From: a candidate division WOR-3 bacterium
Lineage (GTDB): Bacteria > Hydrothermota > Tepidihabitantia > SM23-42
Assembly (NCBI GenBank): GCA_016936155.1
Contig: JAFGPO010000032.1
Span: 1 to 54,460 of the forward strand
DNA: 54,460 nucleotides
Reading direction: 5' to 3'
A program made the translations under genes and the position numbers. The notes below the pieces were generated by a model. The model searched no databases. It was given only the letters and a program-made list of their open reading frames with translations, and was not told the DNA's origin. Positions within the stretch are counted from its first letter, which is position 1. The number at the start of each line of letters is the position of its first letter. Below, in pieces: positions 29,994 to 38,832 of this stretch.

Positions 29994-31078
29994 TGCACGT
30001 TCAGGATCGACATCAAATCAATATTCACGAAGGACAGTACGGTCAGGGCAAGGAGCAAAACAAGGATGATGATCTTACCGTAGTCCTGGGCTTTCAAAGA
30101 GCCCAGGAGAAGGGGCTGGCGGGAGAGGTACGCGGATGCCGCGTAGAGTTCTTCGCCGATCAGGGTGTAATCGCAGGCCGCGACAAAGAACGGCAACTGT
30201 AGTACCTGGTCAGTCCCCGCGATCTGGATCGCGCCGATCTGGGCTCCGGTCTCAGCCATGATGAGCGATTCAGCCCAGAAACTTCCGATGAAGAATGTGG
30301 TTGCCGGTTGTTCCCGGACCATGATCCCGTTGACCGCGGCGGCAAAACCGAACTGGGCTTCAGTGAGGTATCGTACATAATCCTCTTTGAATCGGTCGGG
30401 CCGGCCTTCAGTTGCGAACGATTCGCGCACGACCTCTTTGGCGACCGTGTAGGTGACCGACCAGCGGTTGCACACGATGAGCGGCGTGTCATAGACCGCT
30501 ATTTTCCTGGCAACCTCACCGAGGATGTTCATGGACGCGATCGTGGACGTGTAATCGATATCGCCGAGACCCGGTACATAGAGGATCGGTTTGCCCATTT
30601 CCGTAGCGCGCCCGACCGCGTCCTCAACCGCGTCAAGTCCGGGGATCTTGCGAATGAAAATTTTCCTGCCGATCCGCGCGTGGGAGACAAAGATGAGGAG
30701 CATGATCCCGAAGACGATGATACCGATCAGAACATTGATGCGTCCGGTGTGGAACACCTGGGGAAAGGATCTTCCTTGGTTGCTGGTATCCGAGTACGCG
30801 GTTTCCTCATCGTTCTCTGCCGCGATCGTGTAAAGGTAGGTTACGCTGTCCTGCACCTGGTCATCAATGAACACGGTAATACCGTTCTTGACAAATCCGA
30901 TCTTCACGAACTGGGTATCCGATGATGGACGACGAAATATTTGATACTGTTCAACGACCGCGTCATCCGGGGAAAGATCCCAGGTAATGATGATCGAAGA
31001 ACCGGCATCATTGGGATGGTCGCGCGCTCTGACGTCTTGGGGCGGTAACAGTGTGGTGATGAAAAGAAAAAAAAGCAC
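29990..31078 (-). CDS. FN3-like exported domain plus DUF6754-like membrane domain (gene 1 of membrane operon)
   Basis: FN3 pattern (ITWD..., YQIFR, F.D..V....Y.YTIAA); [23 protein letters not shown]; [16 protein letters not shown]; GTG start. Confidence 0.8.
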   Translation of the reverse strand: MLFFLFITTLLPPQDVRARDHPNDAGSSIIITWDLSPDDAVVEQYQIFRRPSSDTQFVKIGFVKNGITVFIDDQVQDSVTYLYTIAAENDEETAYSDTSNQGRSFPQVFHTGRINVLIGIIVFGIMLLIFVSHARIGRKIFIRKIPGLDAVEDAVGRATEMGKPILYVPGLGDIDYTSTIASMNILGEVARKIAVYDTPLIVCNRWSVTYTVAKEVVRESFATEGRPDRFKEDYVRYLTEAQFGFAAAVNGIMVREQPATTFFIGSFWAESLIMAETGAQIGAIQIAGTDQVLQLPFFVAACDYTLIGEELYAASAYLSRQPLLLGSLKAQDYGKIIILVLLLALTVLSFVNIDLMSILNVQ

Positions 31079-31083
31079 AGTTT

Positions 31084-31111
31084 ATTGTAGTGCAAAATCA
31101 TGATATGTCAA
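31084..31111 (-). promoter_or_regulatory. sigma70-type promoter, leaderless (GTG start)
   Basis: TTGACA-16-TACAAT-5-GTG. Confidence 0.7.
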
Positions 31112-31179
31112 TGCGTCGTGGCCGCGTAATGGCAGAGTTTACTCTGCAAATGAAGATGCAGCCTGCGGGATGGTTTGTT

Positions 31180-31442
31180 GAGCAAGCCGAAGGTCTCGAG
31201 TACAATCGAGAGGCTCGACCACTACAGAGGAATGGATATTAATTATTGTCGTGGAAGTAAGGTTTTAGCCTTGCGGGAAACCAGTAAACCTGAAGGTTTG
31301 TCCTACATTACTCAGCACCTGCTCGGGGAGCAGGTGTTTTGTTTGGAATATTGGGAAATTGTGATTTTGATATTGTTTAGAATTTGCCGCGCCGTGGCTG
31401 TAGTATGCCCTCCTGGATCGCGGGCAAAAGCCCGCTCCCACA
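31180..31442. repeat. cluster of REP-like palindromes
   Basis: Includes minus-strand TGTGGGAGCGGGCTTTTGCCCGCGAT (31417-31442) and hairpins ending ...CCTACA / ...ACTACA. Confidence 0.6.
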
Positions 31443-31491
31443 GAAGATGGGGCAGGGTGTGGATGCTGGGAAATGCCGTAAGGTGCGAGTC

Positions 31492-31519
31492 TTGACTTTA
31501 ATACCCAGTTCTTTATAAT
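31492..31519 (+). promoter_or_regulatory. sigma70-type promoter, leaderless (metG)
   Basis: TTGACT-16-TATAAT-5-ATG. Confidence 0.8.
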
Positions 31520-31524
31520 TCTCT

Positions 31525-33495
31525 ATGAAGATACTGGTTACGAGTGCGCTTCCGTATGCGAACGGCGAGATCCATCTCGGCCACCTTGCCGGCGCATATC
31601 TTTCCGCGGATATTTACGTGCGATACCAGCGGCTCAAACAGCGTGATGTCCTTCATATTTGCGGTACCGACGAGCACGGCGTGCCGATCACGATCAGCGC
31701 CGAGCAGCAGAAAAAAACACCGCAGCAGATCGTGGATCAGTATCATGGTTCGATCAAAAAGGCATTCGCGGACTTCGGTATTGGATTCGACAATTTTTCA
31801 CGCACCACCCTGCCGCTCCACTACCGCATGGCGCAGGATTTTTTTACAAAAATCTACAATAACGGGTATATCTATCCCCGCGAGATCGAGCAGTATTTCT
31901 GTCCGAAATGCCAGCGGTTCTTGCCGGACCGTTATATTGGCGGGACCTGTCCCCGGTGCGGATCCGAGAATGCCAAGGGCGATCAGTGCGAGAGTTGTGG
32001 TCGCTGGCTCGAGCCGTTCGAACTGGTACAGCCGCGCTGCCTGCTCTGCGGCGAGACGCCGCAGCGGCGTGCGACCAAACACTGGTACTTCAAACTTTCC
32101 GCCTTTCATGATCAACTCCGCGCCTGGATCGATGAGAAAAAAGACTGGAAGGATCATGTGCTCCAGTTCGTGAAAGGATGGTTGAAAGAAGGATTGCAGG
32201 ACCGCCCGATCACGCGCGATATGTCATGGGGCGTGCCGGTACCCCTTGAAGATGCAAAGGGTAAAGTGCTCTATGTGTGGTTCGATGCACCGATCGGCTA
32301 CATCTCATCGACCATGGAGTGGGCAGAGAACAAAGGTGATCCTGATCTATGGAAGGAGTACTGGCAGAATAAGGATACCCGGCTCGTCCATTTCATCGGT
32401 AAGGATAATATCGTATTCCACGCACTGATATGGCCTGCCATGCTCATGGCATACGGTGATTATGTACTGCCCACGTATATCCCCGCCAATCAGTTTCTGA
32501 CCCTGGAAGGGGAGAAGCTCTCAACATCCAAGGGGTATGCGATTTGGCTGCCCGACTATTTGAAACAATTTTCGGCTGATTCGCTCCGGTACACGCTGAC
32601 CCGCAATGCGCCGGAAACGCGTGACGCCGATTTCGCATGGCGGGATTTTCAGGCATGGCACAACAATGAACTCGCAGATGTGCTCGGCAATTTTATTAAC
32701 CGAACGCTCATCTTTATTTCAAAATACTACAGCTCGTCAGTCCCGACCGCTTCGTCGTTCTCGGAGAACGATAACCGGGTGCTCGAGGTGCTCCATAAAG
32801 CGCCTGATCTTGTCGGCGAGCGGATCGAGCGTTTCGAATTCAAGAGCGCACTCCAGGAATTGATGAGGATCGCGCAGGAAGCGAACCGCTACTTTGACCA
32901 TGAAGAACCATGGGTGACCCGAAAAACGAATCCATTGATCTGTGAGCGCACCATGTACGTGTGCATGAAAATCGTAACGTCCTTATCCGTGCTGCTCGAA
33001 CCGTTTTTGCCGTTTACGGCGCACAAGATCAAGGACATGATAAATTTTATCCCCCAGCAGTGGGACGATATCAGCTCTCCAAAAGTAGCCCCGTCGATTA
33101 AAAAACCCGGGATTTTGTTTGAGAAGATCGAGGACAACGTGATCGATGTTCAGATCAATGCATTAAAGAAAAGAGAAGTGACGATCGAAGAATTCCAGAA
33201 ATTCGCGCTCAAGACCGCAAAGATCGTGAGCGCGGAGAACATTGAAGGGACCAAAAACCTGATCAAGTGCGTCGTTGAGATCGGGGACAGCGAACGCCAG
33301 ATCGTTGCCGGCGTTGGGCAGCACTATAAATGCGAAGAACTGGTGGGGAAAACGATTATCATTATCGAAAATTTGAAACCGGCAAAAATACGGGGTGTAG
33401 CATCGCAGGGGATGTTGCTCGCGGCGATCGATGGTGATAATGTTATCCTGCTCACCACTGATAAACCCGCGTCTTCGGGAGCATCCATACAATAA
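31525..33495 (+). CDS. metG: methionine--tRNA ligase with C-terminal tRNA-binding domain
   Basis: SALPYANGEIHLGH, GTDEHG, zinc knuckles, YVWFDA, KLSTS, C-terminal SQGMLLAA. Confidence 0.97.
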   Translation: MKILVTSALPYANGEIHLGHLAGAYLSADIYVRYQRLKQRDVLHICGTDEHGVPITISAEQQKKTPQQIVDQYHGSIKKAFADFGIGFDNFSRTTLPLHYRMAQDFFTKIYNNGYIYPREIEQYFCPKCQRFLPDRYIGGTCPRCGSENAKGDQCESCGRWLEPFELVQPRCLLCGETPQRRATKHWYFKLSAFHDQLRAWIDEKKDWKDHVLQFVKGWLKEGLQDRPITRDMSWGVPVPLEDAKGKVLYVWFDAPIGYISSTMEWAENKGDPDLWKEYWQNKDTRLVHFIGKDNIVFHALIWPAMLMAYGDYVLPTYIPANQFLTLEGEKLSTSKGYAIWLPDYLKQFSADSLRYTLTRNAPETRDADFAWRDFQAWHNNELADVLGNFINRTLIFISKYYSSSVPTASSFSENDNRVLEVLHKAPDLVGERIERFEFKSALQELMRIAQEANRYFDHEEPWVTRKTNPLICERTMYVCMKIVTSLSVLLEPFLPFTAHKIKDMINFIPQQWDDISSPKVAPSIKKPGILFEKIEDNVIDVQINALKKREVTIEEFQKFALKTAKIVSAENIEGTKNLIKCVVEIGDSERQIVAGVGQHYKCEELVGKTIIIIENLKPAKIRGVASQGMLLAAIDGDNVILLTTDKPASSGASIQ

Positions 33496-33518
33496 TCCAG
33501 TGTATACAGTGATATCTG

Positions 33519-34292
33519 GTGAAGGATCGATACGTGATCGACACGCACTGTCATCTTATTGACCCGCAATTTAATCACGACCTCTCAGCGGTATGTGCCC
33601 GTGCCCAGGAGGCGGGGATCGCCTGTGTGGTGAATGCTGGGTACGATCTGCCGACCAGCGAAGCCGCGTGCCGGATGCATGAATCGATCCCCTGGGCGTT
33701 GCCGGCGGTCGGGATCCATCCGAGCGAAGTTGCCGCTGCATCGATATCCCGGATGGGCGGGATTAAGACGCTTGCGGCACGGTCCGAAGTGGTCGCGATC
33801 GGCGAGACCGGGCTTGATTTCTACCGGGACCGCTCACCGCGCGACGCGCAGGAAGAATTGTTCCGCCTGCATATCAGCCTGGCGCGCGAACTTCATTTGC
33901 CGATCCTCATCCACACGAGGAATTCGATCGATAGGGCGATCGCGATTCTTGAAAAGGAACCCGGCATATCCGGCGTATTCCACTGCTACAGCGGCACGGC
34001 CGCACAGGCGGCGCGCGTCATTGACATGGGATTCTATCTGGGTTTCGGCGGAATCCTGACATTCAGTAAACGAACCCAGGAGGTCTTTCATACCGTGCCG
34101 CTTGAGCGGGTGGTTCTGGAAACCGACGCGCCCTTTCTCGCACCCGCTGCCCATCGGGGGCAGCGCAATGAACCGGCATACATAAGGGATACCCTCAATA
34201 CGGCAGCGGCGATCATCGACCGACCGATCGAGTATGTTGAACGCGTCACCGACGTAAATGCGCAGACATTGTTTACGATCACTGGATCGTGA
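33519..34292 (+). CDS. tatD: TatD family deoxyribonuclease
   Basis: DTHCHL, GIHP, IGETGLD, HCYSG, LETDAPFL. Confidence 0.93.
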   Translation: MKDRYVIDTHCHLIDPQFNHDLSAVCARAQEAGIACVVNAGYDLPTSEAACRMHESIPWALPAVGIHPSEVAAASISRMGGIKTLAARSEVVAIGETGLDFYRDRSPRDAQEELFRLHISLARELHLPILIHTRNSIDRAIAILEKEPGISGVFHCYSGTAAQAARVIDMGFYLGFGGILTFSKRTQEVFHTVPLERVVLETDAPFLAPAAHRGQRNEPAYIRDTLNTAAAIIDRPIEYVERVTDVNAQTLFTITGS

Positions 34293-34320
34293 ATTTCCAA
34301 GATTTCCTCAAGAGATCCGC

Positions 34321-35085
34321 ATGAGGAAGCGGCGCCACTCCAGATTCAGCCAGCATTTTCTCAATAGCTCGAAGATCGCCCAGCGGATCGTTGCCCGCGC
34401 CGCCATTGCCGGGAAAACCGTGATCGAGATCGGACCGGGCAAGGGTATTCTCACCAAAGCGATGGCTGACCACGCCGGAAAAGTGCTCGCGATCGAATTC
34501 GATCCGCAGATGATCAATGAATTGAGTGCTCTGGCGCTTCCCCGTGTGCGTATTATTCACGATGATTTCCTGCGCCACGATATCCGGCAGTATAAGAAAG
34601 CCGCCGTCGTTGGCAATATTCCCTATTCGATCTCGTCGGCGATCATTGAGAAATTAGTGCGGGAACATGCCGTGGTTGCGAGCGCAACATTGACTGTGCA
34701 GCGTGAATTCGCCCGCCGTCTTACCGCGCGTCCGGGAACATCTTCCTACGGGTTCATTACCTTGTTTGTGAACTACCATTATACTGTTTGCAAGGTATTT
34801 TCGATCGCAGCGCGTTTTTTCACCCCCCGTCCGCGCGTGAGTTCAACGGTTGTTCATATGGAAAAGAGGATGCCGATGTTCACACTCGCGGACGAAGTCC
34901 GATTCTTCGATTTTATACGAGGTATTTTCCGTTACCCGAGGAAAGCGGTCAGAAACGCGCTCGCCTTCGTGACGTCACACAAACCGATCGGGATCGACGA
35001 ACACATACTTGCCCGGCGACCGGCATCATTGGACCTCGATGATTATTATGCGCTCTATGCAGGAACAAAAAAACATGACAGGTGA
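34321..35085 (+). CDS. rsmA: 16S rRNA m6,2A dimethyltransferase
   Basis: SQHFL, EIGPGKG, GNIPYSIS, FTPRPRVSS; start at ATG 34321. Confidence 0.93.
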   Translation: MRKRRHSRFSQHFLNSSKIAQRIVARAAIAGKTVIEIGPGKGILTKAMADHAGKVLAIEFDPQMINELSALALPRVRIIHDDFLRHDIRQYKKAAVVGNIPYSISSAIIEKLVREHAVVASATLTVQREFARRLTARPGTSSYGFITLFVNYHYTVCKVFSIAARFFTPRPRVSSTVVHMEKRMPMFTLADEVRFFDFIRGIFRYPRKAVRNALAFVTSHKPIGIDEHILARRPASLDLDDYYALYAGTKKHDR

Positions 35086-35245
35086 TAGAGTTACGATCGT
35101 CCGGACGCGATTCGGTTCGTGTGAACGGGTGTGCCCGGTGCACGCGATCCATGATGTGTGGATCGATCATAACAGGTGCATCAAGTGTTATTGTTGTTTT
35201 GAAGCCTGCCCCAATGGTGCGATCCGGACCCGCATCAAACTGTAG
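35075..35245 (+). pseudogene. 4Fe-4S dicluster fragment with first cluster degenerate
   Basis: MTGDRVTIVRTRFGSCERVCPVHAI...CIKCYCCFEACPNGAI; the first CxxCxxC has lost two Cys. Confidence 0.5.
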
Positions 35246-35286
35246 TTTTTTACATACATCATTCATTCCCGAACGTGAAGAGCGCC

Positions 35287-35314
35287 TTGACTTGCGCACC
35301 CAATTGTTTATCAT
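35287..35314 (+). promoter_or_regulatory. sigma70-type promoter, leaderless
   Basis: TTGACT-16-TATCAT-5-ATG(35320). Confidence 0.75.
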
Positions 35315-35319
35315 AACCC

Positions 35320-38300
35320 ATGCCTGATGACAAGCACGGCATCGTTTTGTTAAGTAAGCTCCAGGCACCGCAAGCCCGGGCAAAGGACCTTTTCCGCGAC
35401 CGCCTGGTGGATGCGCTCCGCAGTAATCTTGACAAGAAAGTTATCCTTATCAGCGCCGGTGCCGGGTACGGCAAGACCACGCTCCTGTCGCAGTTCCTTG
35501 CAAAAACGAAGGTGCGGTCAATCTTTTACCACCTGGAAAAAAGCGATGCCGAACCAGTAGTGTTTTTTTCCTACCTGATCGAAGGTATACGCAAGATCGA
35601 ACCGGAATTCGGTTGGAAGACCGAGGCGTTGAGCCATTTCTTCAATTTTCCTCAGCGCTATATGGAATTGATCGTCGGCACGTTCATCAATGAGATCATT
35701 CGGTATATAACGGATGACATCTACATTATCCTTGAAGACTATCACGCGCTGTATCCGATCGAGCACATCAATCAGATCATGGATTACCTGCTGGAACATA
35801 TGCCGCCATCCATGCACTTTATAATAACATCACGTGTTACGCCGCCGCTATCACTATCGCAGCTGCATGCCCACAATGAGTTGTACGAACTGCAGAACCA
35901 GCACTTAAAATTCACCAAGGAAGAAACGCGTACCCTGTGTGATGATGTCTACTCCATGTCGCTCGATGATGCGGAACTCGATTGGATCGAGGAGCACCTG
36001 GAAGGGTGGCCTACGAGCCTGCGGCTCATGCTCCAGTCAACCAGTGATGCGGACCGCAAGACCACCGGGCACATCCACCGGATCCTCGACAGTTACTACC
36101 AGTCACAGAGCAATCTTTTCAACTATTTCGCCCAGGAAATTTTCAATCAGGAGACGAAAGCGACACGTCAATTTCTGGTTGACTGTTCGGTATTCGAGTG
36201 GCTGTCACCTGAACTGTGCGATGCCGTGACCCGCCGGTCGAATTCCGCCAAGATCCTGTCCGATCTCACGGATCGCAACACGTTCATGTTCAATATGCCG
36301 GGCATGGGGTACCGGTTCCACAATTTGTACCGTGATTTTCTGCAGAGCAAACTGAAGGATAAGAGAAAGGTAAAACGCCTGAACGTGCGTGCGGCAAACT
36401 ATTATCTATCGAAAAAGCGCCATGAGGAAGCGATCAAATATTTTCTGCAGGCCGAGGAGTACCGAAAAACAGCAGTATTCTTGGAGACATCCGCTCATGA
36501 CATGATCCAGCAGGGGCGCGGCAACATCTTTATTACATTCATCGAGCAGATCCCGAGATCGATACGGATGCAGCGTCCTGCGTTACTCATGGATTATGCT
36601 AAAGCGCTGATTTTTGGAGACCGGAGCGACGAAGCCCGTAATCACTGCCAGCGGGCGGTCACTCTCTTCCGGAAAAAACCAGGCGCAAAAGCCAAATTCG
36701 CCGAAGCGATGTACAATCTCGGCATGCTCTATCTGAACCAGCATAAACTGAAAACCGCGGAAAAATGGTTCAAGAAAGCACTCGCGGTATGTCCGTCTTC
36801 TTCCAAGCTCAATCGGGCGTCGATCCTCAATGCCATTGGCTCCACGTACACCGATGTTGCGGGAGTATTCCTGCCAAAAGGCAAATCATACTTCAAGCGC
36901 GCCCTGAGGATCGCCGAGCGCAACGGGTTCATCGGACTGCAGGCAGCGATCCTGAATAACTGGGCAATCAACGAGTTCAAGACCGGTAACTTCACCGATG
37001 CTTACCCGAAACTGACGAGGATCGTCGATCTCCTGGCAAAAGGCTATTCACCCGGATGCGGTGCCGGGTTCTTCAATGCCGCGCACGTGAGTATCCTCCT
37101 CGGACACAATGAACAGGCGCAGGCGATCCTTGATTCAGGGATTGAGGTGTGCAGCAGTTACAGTGATGTATGGTCAATGGCGCGGATCTGGGAAGGGTAT
37201 GCGATCCTGTACTTGAAGACCAGGGAGTATGACAAGGCAAAGCAATATATTGAGAAGGCGTTGCTCGTGAACGAAAAACTCGGCGTGGTCGCGCTTATTA
37301 TTCGGGCGCTCAATGATCTGTGCCGTATCAATCTTGCTGCCGGCGATTGTGCCGAGGCGGAACGGAACCTGTCCCGGATCTGGGTATTGAAGAACACGCG
37401 TACTGACGCGGATGCAGTGCCACTTCTTCTCACCGAGGCTGAGTTGCGGATCATTCAGCATCGTTATGTGGAAGCCGAGACTGCGCTCAAGAGCGCGCTG
37501 TCGATCGCCCAAACGTTCAAGCAGGCTTATAATCTCTTTCAAATCCACTGTGCGTTGAGCCGTGTCCACCATGCACAGGGCCAAAGGGAACTCATGAATG
37601 TGACTTTGCAGCAGGCGATCAGGATAAGCCGGGCCAAGGGGTATGACCATATGTTGATGCAGCAGATGGCACAGGAACAGTGGATGATCCAGACCGTGCG
37701 CAGGAAGGGTACTGAAACCGAGAAGAATTACGTGATGTCGATCGTTAAGAATTCAAATCTCGACATCCACTGGGTAAATATCGAGGTGTTCGGTTCCCCG
37801 CGCGTGACGATCGATGAACATACGATCCCTGACAAGGCATGGCCAACATTGAAATCCAAAAAATTGGTTGTTTTTCTCATGCTTAAAAAACATGAAAAAG
37901 TGACCAACGATGTGCTCATTGACGCGCTCTGGCATGATGCATCGAGCAAGAGCGGGGGTGATAATCTGCGCAAAGCCCTGCAGCATATCCGACAGGCATG
38001 CAAAGCGAATTATCTTCCTGATCCCGGGATCATTCTTTCGGGTCGCGGGTATTACCAGGTTTCTCCGCAAGTCTCGCTGTGGATCGACGCTGAAGAGTTC
38101 CGCCGGCTCGTAGAACAGGCAAAAATTGGTAAAGAAAAAGGAGAGGCCTATGAGGATCATCTCCAGCAAGCGCTCACAATGTACCGGGGTGATTTTTGCA
38201 CAGGCTGGTATGATCAGTGGGTCGAGGAGTACCGTCATTACTATAAAGGCATGTATGAAGAGTGCCTGGCAATGGTTGCTGATCTTCACTTGAGCAAAGG

Positions 38301-38517
38301 CGCGTTGAAAGAGGCGATCGATTACTACGAAAAACTGGTCGAGATCGACTTCTTTAATGAAAAATACCACCGTAGTTTGATAAAAGTACATGCACTGCTC
38401 AAGCGCATGGATGATGTTTTAAGCGATTATACGAGACTTCAGAAAAGACTGAAGGAAGAACTGGGTGTCGAGCCGGAGGAAGAGACAACCCGGGTGTATA
38501 AGGAATTGACCGGATAG
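35320..38517 (+). CDS. MalT-like STAND ATPase - TPR - SARP (wHTH + BTAD) transcriptional regulator
   Basis: SKLQAP..R.RL, AGAGYGKTTL, LEDYH, EGWP; TPRs; VFGSPRV...LIDALW...NLRKALQHIR; YRGDF...W, ELGVEP. Confidence 0.92.
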   Translation: MPDDKHGIVLLSKLQAPQARAKDLFRDRLVDALRSNLDKKVILISAGAGYGKTTLLSQFLAKTKVRSIFYHLEKSDAEPVVFFSYLIEGIRKIEPEFGWKTEALSHFFNFPQRYMELIVGTFINEIIRYITDDIYIILEDYHALYPIEHINQIMDYLLEHMPPSMHFIITSRVTPPLSLSQLHAHNELYELQNQHLKFTKEETRTLCDDVYSMSLDDAELDWIEEHLEGWPTSLRLMLQSTSDADRKTTGHIHRILDSYYQSQSNLFNYFAQEIFNQETKATRQFLVDCSVFEWLSPELCDAVTRRSNSAKILSDLTDRNTFMFNMPGMGYRFHNLYRDFLQSKLKDKRKVKRLNVRAANYYLSKKRHEEAIKYFLQAEEYRKTAVFLETSAHDMIQQGRGNIFITFIEQIPRSIRMQRPALLMDYAKALIFGDRSDEARNHCQRAVTLFRKKPGAKAKFAEAMYNLGMLYLNQHKLKTAEKWFKKALAVCPSSSKLNRASILNAIGSTYTDVAGVFLPKGKSYFKRALRIAERNGFIGLQAAILNNWAINEFKTGNFTDAYPKLTRIVDLLAKGYSPGCGAGFFNAAHVSILLGHNEQAQAILDSGIEVCSSYSDVWSMARIWEGYAILYLKTREYDKAKQYIEKALLVNEKLGVVALIIRALNDLCRINLAAGDCAEAERNLSRIWVLKNTRTDADAVPLLLTEAELRIIQHRYVEAETALKSALSIAQTFKQAYNLFQIHCALSRVHHAQGQRELMNVTLQQAIRISRAKGYDHMLMQQMAQEQWMIQTVRRKGTETEKNYVMSIVKNSNLDIHWVNIEVFGSPRVTIDEHTIPDKAWPTLKSKKLVVFLMLKKHEKVTNDVLIDALWHDASSKSGGDNLRKALQHIRQACKANYLPDPGIILSGRGYYQVSPQVSLWIDAEEFRRLVEQAKIGKEKGEAYEDHLQQALTMYRGDFCTGWYDQWVEEYRHYYKGMYEECLAMVADLHLSKGALKEAIDYYEKLVEIDFFNEKYHRSLIKVHALLKRMDDVLSDYTRLQKRLKEELGVEPEEETTRVYKELTG

Positions 38518-38558
38518 TGCGTAGGGGGTAAAGCGTAAGGCGTATCGTGTAAAAAGTC

Positions 38559-38627
38559 TGTTATTCCGGACTTGATCCGGAATCCAGTTCTATTTCCTGG
38601 ATCATCCGGTCAGGCCGGATGATGACA
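38559..38627. repeat. REP-like nested palindrome
   Basis: TGTTATTCCGGACTTGATCCGGAATCCAG...CTGGATCATCCGGTCAGGCCGGATGATGACA, two hairpins inside an outer stem. Confidence 0.75.
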
Positions 38628-38782
38628 AATCTTCTAATATACATAATCCATCACCTGGAATTTAAGCATTCCCGCACGAAGTGTTCACTTCCATCCCGAG
38701 CATAGCGAGGGGTCATTTCCAACATAACGATCTTAACGAAAGTAACGTAAATAACGACAGAAACGTTTATATGGTGTTCAAT

Positions 38783-38814
38783 TTCACACTTTTTTCACAG
38801 AATATCCGTAATAT
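38783..38814 (+). promoter_or_regulatory. putative SARP-type activator boxes plus -10
   Basis: TTCACAC (38783) and TTCACAG (38794), 11-bp period, then 8 bp to TAATAT; no TTGAC -35. Confidence 0.45.
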
Positions 38815-38832
38815 TGTTTGAGAGGAGGAGGC

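Noticed and set aside
31175-31495. 106-aa ORF upstream of metG; possible T-box or SAM riboswitch
   Set aside because: The ORF is made of repeat sequence, and metG appears leaderless, leaving no leader for a riboswitch.
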